64,000 nucleotides of DNA from the human T2T-CHM13v2.0 reference genome, Homo sapiens. The notes below the pieces were generated by a model, which ran no database searches, was not told where the DNA came from, and was given only the letters and a program-made list of their open reading frames with translations. Shown in pieces: positions 13,101 through 25,890 of the stretch; the stretch's first letter is position 1, and each line of letters begins with the position of its first letter. The translations under genes and the position numbers were made by a program. Where the stretch lies: NCBI RefSeq assembly GCF_009914755.1, contig NC_060935.1; one strand, written 5' to 3'.

Positions 13101-13134
13101 CTTGCAATCTCAGGTTGTCCTTAAATAAACAAAT
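13101..13134 (-). pseudogene. Candidate exon (34 nt, phase 0 to 1) with intact strong splice sites
   Basis: cctctttttttgtttctAG|atttgtttatttaaggacaacctgagattgcaag|GTAAGc; the only open frame is ICLFKDNLRLQ. Confidence 0.65.
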
Positions 13135-13499
13135 CTAGAAACAAAAAAAGAGGAATAGTAGTACTTTTCCTTTTAAATTTGAAAATTTATATCTAAGAGT
13201 TCCTTTCATTTTTTATAATGTCAGAAAAAAAAGCACTCATAATATACAAAAAGCACCAAAATATCTACCATGAAATATCATGGCACAGCAGCACTCTCCT
13301 GATTATTAATGCCAGTGAGAACAGGAGCAGAACAGAGGCACCTAAACCTTGCCTGGCATTTTGTTTATCACAGTACACATGGGCAGTAATATTGTATTTG
13401 CTTGTCAAATTTTATGTGTATCACTACATGCAGGCTTGAATTTTAAAATGAGCAGTGTAGGGCAGCACCATTTTTAATCAAAAAAGTTTTACACTTTTT

Positions 13500-13780
13500 G
13501 TTTTATTCGTAAATATTTCAGTATGTATTTCTTACAGCTGGGAACTCATTTTTTAAAAACATAACAATACTATTATTACATCTAAAAATGTTAATAATTC
13601 CTTAATATCATCAAATGTCTACTTAGCATTTAAATTTCCCCAATTTATTTTTTCATTGTTTAAATAAGGATCCAAGTAAACTCCATATTTGCAAATGGTT
13701 GATGTATACTACAGATGTATACCTACAGATTGAAGTGTCTTTCAATCTATAGGTTCCTGTTCTTTCTTTTTTTTTTTCCC
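13500..13780 (-). mobile_element. Old L1 (L1MC4/5-like) 3' fragment
   Basis: ataattccttaatatcatcaaatg...aaatttcccc...aggatccaa motifs. Confidence 0.6.
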
Positions 13781-14464
13781 CCTAGACTCTTTTTTATTGA
13801 AATTGAACAATGGGCCAGGAACTATGTGAGGTCCTTGTATTCATTTGCTAGAGTTGCCATAATAAAATCACAGACTGGGTGGCTTAAACAGAAATATATT
13901 TATTTATTTTTTTAGTTTATTTACAGCTAAAGTGAAGACTAAGTATGTTAATGAAAGACTATATTATCTCCTAAACTGCAAGCTACTTTCAGGCAGAAAT
14001 TGATAACTAGGTCACATGGTTTATTAATGACATAGTGTATTCCTTCATTCAATAAATATTTATTGGGTGTCTCTATGTGGCAGACGCTGTACTGGGCACT
14101 TCAGAGAAGAAGATAAAAAAGCATGAAGTCTCCCTCCACAAAGACATCATCTGGAGGAGCAGACTGACATGTCCATATATAAAAACTGTACACTGTACAC
14201 AAGCAAACAAACAGCAAGCTCAGGGCAGAAGGTATGACTGCATCCTCTCTTCCCTCAAATGTTCCATGGTTAAGTCTAGAGGTGCTGCCTCTAGCTGTCA
14301 TTGACATGATGTATAAAAATGAAGCCTGGTTTGAATTTAGAAGCTATTAAACTAAAAATTAGATTCATAAGGAGACTGAGTAATCAGAATAACAGCAGAT
14401 AAAAGCCAGTGGGAGATGATTTTTCAGAATCTAATATTCTTCGTTAAGCCTCAGACAATTAAAC

Positions 14465-14547
14465 CATGAGGCTGATTGTGCCACCTTTGGAATATTTCAT
14501 CTTTATGTCCACTGGGAATCTATCTTGGAGTGATATTACAGATAATA
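14465..14547 (-). pseudogene. Candidate fossil exon (83 nt, phase 1 to 0)
   Basis: catattttttcAG|tatta...ctcatg|GTttaa. Open frame LSVISLQDRFPVDIKMKYSKGGTISLM joins in phase to 13134. Confidence 0.4.
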
Positions 14548-16099
14548 CTGAAAAAATATGCTTGTTTTGGAAAAAAATAAAAGGAGTAAGAGAATTAAAC
14601 CTTATAATTATTAATGTTTAAAAGTCTCTGCTTTTTAATTTCTTCAAGTTAAAAGCTACCTGGCATCATCCTGAACTCTAAGTGAAATAGCTAGAGGATT
14701 AAACAATTATTAAAAATATAATATTCAGTTATAGTACATCAATAAGCAATATGACAAAAAATTAGAAATGAATAAATAAAATGTCAAGGGTACTTAGACA
14801 CAACTGACTATCATAAAGAATAGGGAACTGCTCTCTGGAGGCTCCAGAATGTACTTTAAATGAAGTTAGAAATTTATGGTCTCTCCTAATGAAATGCCAT
14901 GGGTAATTGGGCAACATAAATGTGTACATAAGTGGGCAATGCTGCTGATATCCCATGAGAAATAGAACTAGATATTCTATAGGTCCTAAAATTTAGTGAT
15001 TGCCCCCTCCTAGGCCACCTCTTCCTGACTGGAGCCCAGTAAATGGCATTCTCAGAGGACATTCTGTGGAGTCACAATGTGAAATGGATCTGCATGGATA
15101 TGAATATCAGACTAAGAGTGGAGGTTTCTCTCCACGGTGGTTCATAAAGACATATTGCTCTCATAAAGATTTAGCAGTGATTATCAACTATGTTTGAAGG
15201 CGGAAGACAAGCAAACAAGTAGTAAATTAGTCTATCTCTGTGGTTTACAGCTTATGGTTTAATTCATATTTGTAATTAAACAGCCCAGAAATTACACCAG
15301 GAATGTTCCCCTTTCTGTCCTGTCATTTTTCCCATCTATTGTTTGGGTCATTTCCAGTGATATATAAACACAAGTTGATCTTAATCACCTTATAAACATG
15401 TTCTTTCTGGATTCTACTTCCCCTTTTAGCTATGCCTATATCTCTGATCTCCTTCGCACAAAACTTCTCAAAAGATTTGACTATTCACTGCCTCCAATTT
15501 CGCCCTCCAATTTTCTGTTATCACACTCTAATTAGGTTTTTGCCACTACCACTCCACAAAACTGCCTTTCCAAGGTCACGGATAATCTTCACATTGCTGT
15601 ATTCAATAGTCAGTGCTCAGTCCTCATCTCACTTAACATAACTGCAGCATTTGATATAGTCGATCACATTCAGCTTCTTGGAAATACTTTCTTCACTTGG
15701 AGGTATGACCACACACTGCTGTTTGCTTTGCTAGTTTAGCCTCTTCTTCAAGCCCAGGGGTTGGTCCTCAGGCCTCTTCTTTGTCTACACATCTTGGGAT
15801 CTGATGGCTTTGAATATGTTGACAACTGCCAGATTTACACCTCCAGAAATCTTGACTCATTATCCAACCATCTATTCAACAATTCTATTTTGATATCTAG
15901 AAGGTATCTCAAAATTAATATGCCCAACATTGAGCTCCTGATCTTCTTGCCACCCTCAAGTTTGGATCATCCAATTTTTTCCATCTCAGTCAATAGCATC
16001 CATCCTTCCACTTGCTCAATTCAAAAATCACATAATTACTATCTACTTTCCTGAAAGTTGGAGTTGCTTTTTTTTTCTTTTCCCAAGTGTAAAGGGACC

Positions 16100-16470
16100 C
16101 TAGTAAAATGTCATAAATCCCTTTGAGGAAGGACCCAATGCTATGAGGACCATAAATCTTCCTCCTAGTCTTCCCCAAAGGAATGTGGCCAGTTACCAAG
16201 ATAACTGTGCACAATGGAAATGGAAATACCCAAACTTTTCTGGGATTACTAAGACTGGCTCTAAATTGGTGCTCATTCCTGAGAACTCAAAATACCACTG
16301 TGGTCTACCAGACCAAATGGGAACTTACAGAAGTCAGGAAATAAATGGAATTTTGACCTAAATCTCACAGTGGGCCTGGTGTGTCCAGAAACCCACACTG
16401 TGATTAGTTCCGCAGTGCCTTATGTTTTCACTGGAGTTGACATTCTCAGCAACTGGCAGAATCCCCACAT
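16100..16470 (+). mobile_element. ERVL (HERV-L-like) internal fragment, protease region
   Basis: INLPPSLPQRN..FSGITKTGSKLVLIPENSKYHCGLPDQMGTYRSQEINGIL..ILSNWQNPH resembles HERV-L GLLDTGSELTLIPGDPK.HCGPP..GAYGGQVINGVL..ILSSWQNPH. Confidence 0.8.
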
Positions 16471-16471
16471 G

Positions 16472-16720
16472 AAGGGCAATATAATGTGGTGGTTAAGATC
16501 ATGAACTCTGGAGCTAGCCAGCCTGGATTCAAATCCTAGATATGATACTAGCTGTGTGACCTTGGGAAAACTACTTCTCTTCTCTATGCTTCAATTTCCT
16601 AATCTTAAAAATAGGACAATAATATCCCTTAAGGGTGGTATGGATAAAATGAGTCAGCATTTGTCAAATGTTTAGAACAATACCTGCACATAGTAAATGC
16701 TACATGTAGGTTAAATAAAT
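16472..16720 (+). mobile_element. MIR SINE
   Basis: gtggttaagatcatgaactctggagc...tgtgaccttgggaaaa...cacatagtaaatgc. Confidence 0.9.
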
Positions 16721-17499
16721 AAAATCCTTAATCTCTTTCTTTATCTCACACTCTCCCCTCCAATTCATCAGGAAATCCCTTTGATTTTACCTTCAAAACA
16801 TGTCTAAAATCTGACACCTTTACACCAGTTCCACCACTACCTTCAGAGAGTGAGCTGCCACTACCTCTTGCCAGGATTATAGCAGTAGTCTCTTATCTAA
16901 TCAGGCCCTCCATCCCTTTCTGACATGATCTCTTACTACTCTCCTCCATATTTACTCCGTTCCAGCCACACTGGCTGCTGCTTGCTCTTCGGATACTCCA
17001 GGCTTGCTCTCACCTCAGCGGCTTTGCACTGGCTGTTCTTTTTACTGTTCTCTTGCCTCTAATATCCTTATGGCTCAATCCTCCTTGATATTTTGATCAA
17101 TTGCCGCCTTCCTAATAAAGCCACCCTGACCACCCCTATTTAAACGGCAAGTGTGCCCATACATGCTCCCAATACTTTATCCTGCTCTATTTTAACAGCA
17201 TTTATAACTTTCTATAACGCGTATAATTTACCATGCTTATTAGATCCCACAGAGAATCATGAGAAGATCCCAAAGGATTAAAGATCCACGAGACGGAAGG
17301 GACTCGTATGCCTGAGTCACTGCTTGGAGCAGAGCTATCTAGGAGAACCTCCTGACCGGCAACATATGCATTGGCCTTTCCATGAGGAATGACTGACCAC
17401 TCGCCAGGAAGTACATCACCAGTTCAAAGGAGCACAGACCACTGCTTCCCCCTGGCTTTGCCATCACTTAAGTGCATTTTCAACTGCCGGCTTATAACC

Positions 17500-19440
17500 C
17501 ATGGGTGAATAGAGCCATGCATAGAAAAAAGAAAGTAACAATAGCATCCACAGGACCTAGCAACCAGAGAGAGGAAAAAACAAGCAGAATGCCCAAAACA
17601 GGCAGCTTCTTATAAACTGGAACTTCTTATAAACTAAAGAAGAGAGGTGGCAACTGTAGTTTTTGAATGAGATAAAATAATAATAATGACAACAATCGCA
17701 TTTAAAGAAATTCAGTCCCAATGTGAAAAAAAAAGACTCTGAAATTCAAAGAGGGTTTTTGTTTGCTCAACTTTACAGTTTACACAGATGAATTGAAAGA
17801 GTTGTTAGTCTCTTTGAGGATTGAATATGGGCCTGTAAGATCAAGCAAAAAGATAGCTCAATGCAGAAAGCAAAATCACAAACAGATGGAAATACGAGAG
17901 AAATTATTGAAAAGGGATTGGAGGACAGATGAAGAGACCAAACCTATGAATAATAGGACTTCCAAAGGAGGGAAAGGAACAGATGTAGGGATGCATTAAT
18001 TAAGGGAATAATAGGAGAAATTTTCCCTGGTTTTAAGAAAGATTCAATTCTGCAAATTTGAAGTGCTCATCAAGTTCCAGGCAAAATTTATGGGGTAAAA
18101 TTGTCTTTTAAAAAATACTTGGTTATATCTTGGTAGATATCCTAAATTCGAACATCACAAAATTTGTAGGCTGTCAGGCATAAAAACTGTGTTACACACA
18201 AAGGAAAGAACCAACATAAATTGGACTAACACAGGAGACAGAAGACAGAAGAATTACAGCTACAGAACACAGGACGCCAGCTTCAAGTCCTACCCTCTGC
18301 TGAGAGAGCCGCAGTGCACCTGCCAGGGTGAAAGAAAGGTGCTCACAAATATGGAAGGATTTGAGGCTTATGTCACCGCCATATTCCATGTAAGGAAATA
18401 CTTCAGGAAGGGCTCTAGGACAGCAAAATATGAACCTGAACAGAGTCCCTGGTAGGGCACAAGGAGGTGAGGAACCAGCCATGAGTTTGAGTCTCTATCT
18501 CTCTATGTGTGTGTGTATGTGTAACTTTCCGCTTAGGCATACCTATATTGAAATCTAAACTGAAAATGATAGAGTGACTGGGAATTTGTAATATAAGTGC
18601 TGAGTAATGATTATACAAATAGAAGAAGCATTCTACAGGAGAAAACCTAAAAATGTCTAAAAGTACTAAACTATTTAACAAAATCTTGGGAAGGGAGGAG
18701 GGAGTAAGTAGAGAGGGAAGTACAAATTTTCTTAAGGTTTCATCTTAGATAAGCATAGGGAAATGAAAGCATTATAAAGGTGGAAGAGGGCAGTGAGAAA
18801 ATAAAGCTATTTGAGTGAGAGAGATAGTTGGCATCTTGTTTTCATTTGGTCGCAGAGAAATCAGTGGTCCAACAGGAGTGAACAGAATGGGGAAGCATTC
18901 ACTAGAAGAATGGGAAAGTGTGGTAGAATCTTTAAATTTAATAAGGAAAATGTAATTATAGTACCTTGATGAATCTACCAAAATTAAGTGAAGAAAAGGA
19001 AAAACAATGTCAAATAAATAATATACATGAGGTAAGATGAAATAAACAAAATCGAATATATCCGTTATTAAATTAAATATGAACTGAATTCATCTTTCAA
19101 AGACAAACATTTTCAGACTAAATAAATCAGATGTATCTTGATTTCAAAACACACTTAAAGTGTTTTCTTAATGTTAAAAATAGGTAAATGGATATCAGGA
19201 AAAGCACATATTTTTTAGAAAGGAAAAAAAGAAAAGAAAGGAAGGAGAAGAAAACAACACTACTACAATTATTGGCCAACACAGCATTTAAGATTAAAGC
19301 ATTAATCAGGACAAAGGGGAAGGTTATAAAACATAAAGACACCATTTATGAAAGGGATAAAGCAAAACCCACTAGAAATCTTTTTTTTAATTGACACGAA
19401 CGTTGATTATATAATGGGTTATTTGAATGATCACTTTCAT
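17500..19440 (+). mobile_element. Ancient L1/HAL1-like ORF1-region remnant
   Basis: A-rich; aataggagaaattttccctgg...gctcatcaagttccaggcaaaa motif. Confidence 0.55.
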
Positions 19441-19442
19441 AA

Positions 19443-19942
<500 letters not shown>

Positions 19943-20522
19943 TAACATTTGTATTTTTATTTATTCCTCCTCTACTTATTCTGGGATGGCTGGCCATGTT
20001 TATGTTTTGATACTCAGGTATTATTCTTAGGAGAAGGACGCCTTTAGGTATTAAGTCTAATTATAAAGATTCCAACCGGGTCTGCCTGTCTTAAAAGTTG
20101 GTGATCTTCTTCGTCATCACATCCTGATGCCTCTGTGGCCCACGGAGAGCCCAGCAACAAAATCACAAGGCCCACCATGGTAGAGAGTGGCACAGAGGAC
20201 ACCTGGGGACCTCCCCGCGGGAATGTGCAGGCACCACTGATGCAGCCCAGCCCAGACTGGCCCTTCCAACATGGACCCCCAGTGGAGACCATCTGGTTCC
20301 TGAAGGTTTCTGATCCTCAGGCTGCAGCCCCCACACGCTAGTGCTTTACACCAGTGGGGCGAAGAGGCTGAGGAGCTGTGAAGGGAGGCCTTGAGGAATT
20401 CTTTGTCCCCTGAATGGGCCCACTCCCTAGATTCAATCCTAGGACTTGGCATTCGTCTCTCTACAGTTTAAACAATGTTTTTGAGCACACAATATGTACC
20501 AGACCCTGTTCCAGGCTGCTTT

Positions 20523-20835
20523 TTAATTTTCTAATTTTTAAAAATTTTTGAGACAGGGTCTGGCTCTGTGGCCCAGACTGGAATGCAGTGTCATGATCAC
20601 GGTTCACTGCAGCCTTGACCTCCCAGCTCAAGTGATCCTCCCACCTCAGCCTCCTGAGTAGCTAGGCCTATGGGCATGTGCCACCACACCTGGCTAATTT
20701 TTTTATTTTCATAGAGACAGGGTCTTGCCGTGTTACCCAGGCTGGTCTTGAACTCCTGGACTCAAGCTATTCTCCTGCCTCAGCCTTTCAGGGATTATAG
20801 GAGGGATTATAGGTGTGAGCCACTGCACCAAGCCC
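20523..20835 (-). mobile_element. AluJ
   Basis: gagacagggtctggctctgt...cagccttgacctccc. Confidence 0.92.
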
Positions 20836-20913
20836 AGGCTGCTTTTTTGGAAAGCACATATTTTTCAAGACTTCCCTCAGATCTGATGAGTGGATTAAAG
20901 TTCTAGAACTCAT

Positions 20914-20997
20914 GTTTGGCTTCAAATTGCTTCCCATTCAGGGATTGTCAGACAACAGTCTGTAGGCAGTGCTGATCCGTGGCATAGTTCCAGCAGG
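20914..20997 (-). pseudogene. Candidate fossil exon (84 nt) with donor decayed to ATGAGT
   Basis: ctctaatttttctcAG|cctgc...ccaaac|ATgagt (consensus GTGAGT, consistent with CpG decay); one stop in each frame. Confidence 0.4.
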
Positions 20998-21550
20998 CTG
21001 AGAAAAATTAGAGATAAGTGCAATAGAGTGAGTTTTTAATGAAGCTACATCTATTCCATCTAAAAGTTTGTTCTTTATTCTGATATGATATCCTTCCTCT
21101 TTTTAGATTTAAAGTAGCATTTCTTTCATGAAATGATAGTAGATAGTAGGGTTTTTTTAATGTTCTTAACTGAAAAATAAAAAGTTGGCCATCCTGTGAC
21201 CCCCAAATAAATTAATATATAGATTGATAAATGATGTATCACTCTGTGAACCCAGACATGTGTGGCTTTGTTCTCTGACATTTGCTTTCTGCAGCTCTCA
21301 GGACTCTCCATGCTGAAAAGACACAATGCAATATTTCTGCAGTCCTCTCTCTCTCTCTCCGCAAATTCACCTTGGCCAGCAATACAAATGGTCCAGTTAT
21401 TCAAGGAGCCAGATTTTCTCTGGAGGGATGGGGGCTGCATTATGCAGAGTCCCGCCCCGGGGCAGTTGGAAGAACACACTGCTTTGCAAACTGTTGCTGA
21501 GCCTGAGTATTTCTAAGCCTTCCAAAATCCTTGGTACAGTCTGTCCTCAC

Positions 21551-21711
21551 ATTGCCAACTGAGGGAATAATCCTGAATACTTGGTCCCCCACATATTCTA
21601 CTAAGGAAGCTCATCATATTCCAGTGTCATTCTGAAAGAAAGATTCTCAAATATACATTTGGCAATCATCACCAATCTGACAAATTTGACCTGAATCTGT
21701 TTTCAAAAATT
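21551..21711 (-). pseudogene. Candidate fossil exon (161 nt)
   Basis: Very strong acceptor ttctttttttctttAG|aattt and donor ggcaat|GTgagg; FLKTDSGQICQIGDDCQMYI*ESFFQNDTGI**ASLVEYVGDQVFRIIPSVGN. Confidence 0.45.
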
Positions 21712-21954
21712 CTAAAGAAAAAAAGAATGAAAATTGGAGGTTATAATTTTACCAATATCAAGCCAAAGATAGACATGTTTCACCTTCATTTACATCAAGC
21801 TTTTATCCTCCAAAATTTTAAAACCATTTCTAATGTTACCTCCATCATTTAGCAATTAAAATTTTAGGGAGTTTACTTGAAACGCAAGTTGAATTTGGAA
21901 GTTTGGCTCATTTGACGTGGCCTAGTTAAATATGGCAATTCCCTTCTTTTTGCC

Positions 21955-22150
21955 ACAGGAGGCAGCTTGGGGTAGAGAATTTGGGTCTGTCTGACAGCAA
22001 AGACCTGAGTTTGAATCTTGACTGAAAATTATTCAGTGGCTATGTTACTTTCAGAAGGCTTTTAACCTCTCTAATCCTTAGCTTCATAATGTGTAAAATG
22101 GGTATTGTAAGACCAACAGCATGTAATTGTAATGAGTCTGGCATAAAGTA
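21955..22150 (+). mobile_element. MIR SINE
   Basis: agacctgagtttgaatcttgac...tttaacctctctaatccttagcttc...tgtaaaatggg core. Confidence 0.75.
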
Positions 22151-22526
22151 AATGCCAATCCTGTAAAATGCTAATCCTGTTTTTTAATCTAATTAGATAT
22201 CTAATTTTAATTTTAAATGAACTTAAGCAGGATGTCTTTTTTCCGTTTTTAATATTTTAAAAACTGGGAGGAAGAATCTATGAAGGCAAGTTTGTTTTTC
22301 AAGTTTGTGAAGAGTTACACAAATGATTCTAGAGTAAAATGGCCTTATACCAAATGTTTTACCTACTCACAGTGCCAAATATCCACAATGTCAAACAAGA
22401 ACTGCAAATGTTCTCAGCTTTAATTTCACACCAATGTCACTTTAACCAAACAGTCTCCTTAGCAGGGTACTTCAGTGCTGAATCATTATTGACTCAGAGG
22501 TTTATAAATACCACTACTTGTATTAC

Positions 22527-22577
22527 TTGGAGTTTTCTTCAGTGGTTCCCTATCGCCCTCTCTAAGTTCAGTTAAGC
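22527..22577 (-). pseudogene. Candidate fossil exon (51 nt)
   Basis: ccctttgcacggtcAG|gctta...ctccaa|GTaata; LTELREGDREPLKKTP (open) or A*LNLERAIGNH*RKLQ. Confidence 0.4.
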
Positions 22578-24884
22578 CTGACCGTGCAAAGGGAGTAATA
22601 TCTGACATGCTCACTTCCCACATTAGTGGGGTTGCTAAGCCTGTATGACGTACATGATACATTTATAAAAAGGAACATTCTAAAAATAAGTTTAATGTAT
22701 TCTCATTCAACTCCCTAAAAAACTGATGTAACTTGAAGACAGCAAGTTATGCTCATCAGTTTTCTCTAACAGCTTAGTAAATGTCAGAAAGAAACGGAAA
22801 TGTTCTAAATAAGGACATCACTCGAAGTCCTTACAAAGTAAATCAGAATGCATACTTTTTCTATAAAAAAGCTTTAAAAAGATGATATAAATATATAATG
22901 TTCAAAGTCTAAATCTCATTTAGTAGGAATGGTTTAAAGATAACACTCGAAAAGACAGCTAAGGTGTTAGGTGGAAAGCAGCGGAAATGTATATAAAATC
23001 ATTTCAATAAGGGATTTACTTAAGGAATAGGGTGAGGAATTACAGATATACAGTCCACACTGTTAGAGTCAACTCATCATCTATGGTAACAATAATGGGC
23101 AACAGGGAAGATAATCTAAAAATCCTGTATATTCACTTTTATATTCTAACATTATTGTTTGCAGTAGATTTATCTTCCCAACTATATTTAAGATTTGTTT
23201 GCCTTTTTGGGTATTAATTACCTGATGGATGGAGAAAGATACCCAATAGCACTCTCAAGGGCACAGCAAAGCCAAAAAAGTAACATTTTGCCAGAGATTA
23301 TCTACAAAAATAAATTGTGTCTGTAAGAGAGTAAGAGATGTGGCCTGGATCACTGAGAGCGTGGAGTGAGGCCAATCCAAATAATTGATGTCTCTACAGT
23401 CTATCAGCCACTACCCGACAGTGGCCCAGGGATAAGGGTGGATGCAAGCACTTCTACTCCCTGCAATTACTCTCCTTTCTTTCCCTCAGGCACGAACCCC
23501 ACTCCTCCAGAGTGGTTGTGGTCAGAGCATTTTGGGCAATAGGCCTCACAAAAGAAGCATCTTCAAATTCAGGGGACAAATCCAAAGGAAGCTAATATGA
23601 ATCAACTGAAAAATGAACGAGCTGAGCCACATGCTGAGAGTGACCTGAAGAAAAATCGGTAAAGAAGTTTTATCAAGTGACTTGGGTGTTTTGATTCTTA
23701 AGAAGGAAATGAAATGCAAAATTTGCAATTTATGCAGAATTCTCTGTAATCTCTTGAATTCCAAGGGAAGTGACAGGTCTGTTTCAAATCCTTCTCCCGG
23801 AAACAGACAAAATTATAAAAGTAAAATACTGGAACAAAGTTTCAGTGCTGAGAGTAAGTGATGTTGCCAACATCTTATAAACTGGGAAGATTAAAGCAAA
23901 GGTGAAACAAGATCAAAAGCTCTCACTGAAAGCCCCCTCTGGTTTTCCCACTCTGGAAGTGGTGCAGTGCAGTAAGAAGTTAAGCAAATCTTTATAAGTA
24001 TCACCAGCAATCCTGAATAATGAGAAATGAGGGCAAGAGGTGAGGGTGAGCAGTAGACCAGACAGAGCCACAGGTCAGAGGCTACAGGGACAGGGCAGAA
24101 GAAGCAAGCCTGTGGGTACATCAGAAAACTCTGCAGCAACTCAGTGTGCCACCTGCCCAGTTTCTCAATAGCAGCCCTAGGGTTATACTGACATGAGGGA
24201 GCACTTTCCTAAAATGGGGAAGCAGGGCAGGACCCTCAATCCCACTCTGAGAAGGCAAGAAGGACCATGAGACAGATGAAGACCACTCCCCATGGAGGTG
24301 CTTTTGCTATTGACACTAACCGCAGTGTATATTGGAGCAGGGCCACCAATGAAACTCTGCCGGCCACAGGAGTTTTCTCTCATCCAAAATTTGACCTAAC
24401 TGGCCATTTCCTTCTGATATATTCAAATGTATTCCCAAATTAAAGGGACAGCACTCCACAATGACAGGACACTCCCCAATTTGGTGGATAAAAGCCCCAG
24501 GAAACATCCCAGAGGAAGCTGTACCCATTCTGTGCACTTGGATTAGAGGTCAGCTGAACAGAAAACTGGATATAAAAATACTGGCCTCTGGTGCAATAAT
24601 CTCTACAAAGAGAGAAAACAGAGCTTCAGTGACAAACATCCCTTCTTTTCTGACCCACATGCAACCCCAATTTCCTCTCTACACTATTCAAGTTGCCGAA
24701 TGAGCAAATGATATTCTCCAGCAACATCCAGCTCTCCAGGTTATCTACGAGAAAACAAACAAACAAACAGTCTGGAATTGGCCATCTTCTCTGTGAAATT
24801 TAATGCCAAAAGAAACATTAAATGCCAAAAACATAATGGGATCACATTAATTTTTTAAAAGAAACAGTTATGACTCAAGAGTTT

Positions 24885-25178
24885 TTTGGTTTTGTTTTTT
24901 CTGAGACAGGGTCTCCCTCCCTGTCTCCCAGGCTAGAGAGCAGAGGTGGGCTCCCTGCAGCCTTGACTTCCTGAGCTCATGTGACCCTCCAACCTTAGCC
25001 TCCCAAGTAGCTGGGACTACTGGGGCACGCCACCATGCCTGGCTAATTTTTTGTATTTTTAGTAGAAACGGGGTTTCACCATGTTGCCCAGGCTGGTCTC
25101 AAACTCCTGGGCTCAAGAATCCACCCACCTCAACATCTCAAAGTGCTCATTAGAAGCATGAGCCAAAGCACCTGGCCT
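24885..25178 (-). mobile_element. AluJ
   Basis: Antisense Alu dimer. Confidence 0.9.
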
Positions 25179-25890
25179 GACTCAAGAGTTTTATGTCAGT
25201 AAAGCATCCTTTTCATACAGAGATAGCAGGAAAATCTTATCAAATATGCCAATTCTCAGAAAGTATCAACCCATGTATTCTCTCTGGAAAAATGACCCAA
25301 AGATACGTACCAATGGCAAACAGGAGATGCAAATAAAGAAGTCACAGAGGAAGACACAGTGGGATGAAAGGCCAGATGTATGAATTAAAACATGTAATCA
25401 AATCTAAATGACTTGGCAAACAAGGTGAGAAACAAGACACAAATGTGATTATTAAAAGAAAAGATAATGCATTTTCAAAAATGATGTTTGAACAATTCAA
25501 TAACTATCTAGAAAAAAACTTCCAGAGTATACCAATAGAAACCTAAGAAATGGGAAAAAAATATTATTTTTGATAAATTCCTTATCTTCATAGGTGGTAG
25601 TCATTAGATATTAGTTTATATTAATAACTTGAGAAAGTTTGAACCTAAAGATTTAATTATTAGCAAAACAAAATATCGGTTTTTTATCCACAGAATTACT
25701 AAAAGAAAATTAAAGGAAAAAAACACAGGTCATATATCAAAAAAGACAATAAACAAAACAGAAGAAAGGCAGAAAACATGAAATGAGATAAGAGAAGTAA
25801 TAAACATTTGTTATAAAAAGAAATGTAATGGGAATATCTCATCTGTTGAAAGGAAAAGACTCATACTGGGTCAAAAAACAAAATCTAACT

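Larger units (their letters stand above)
15340..17240 (+). mobile_element. L2 LINE interrupted by an ERVL fragment and a MIR
   Basis: Pyrimidine-rich sense L2 (ccactaccactccacaaaactgc..., ctccgttccagccacactggc...). Confidence 0.8.
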
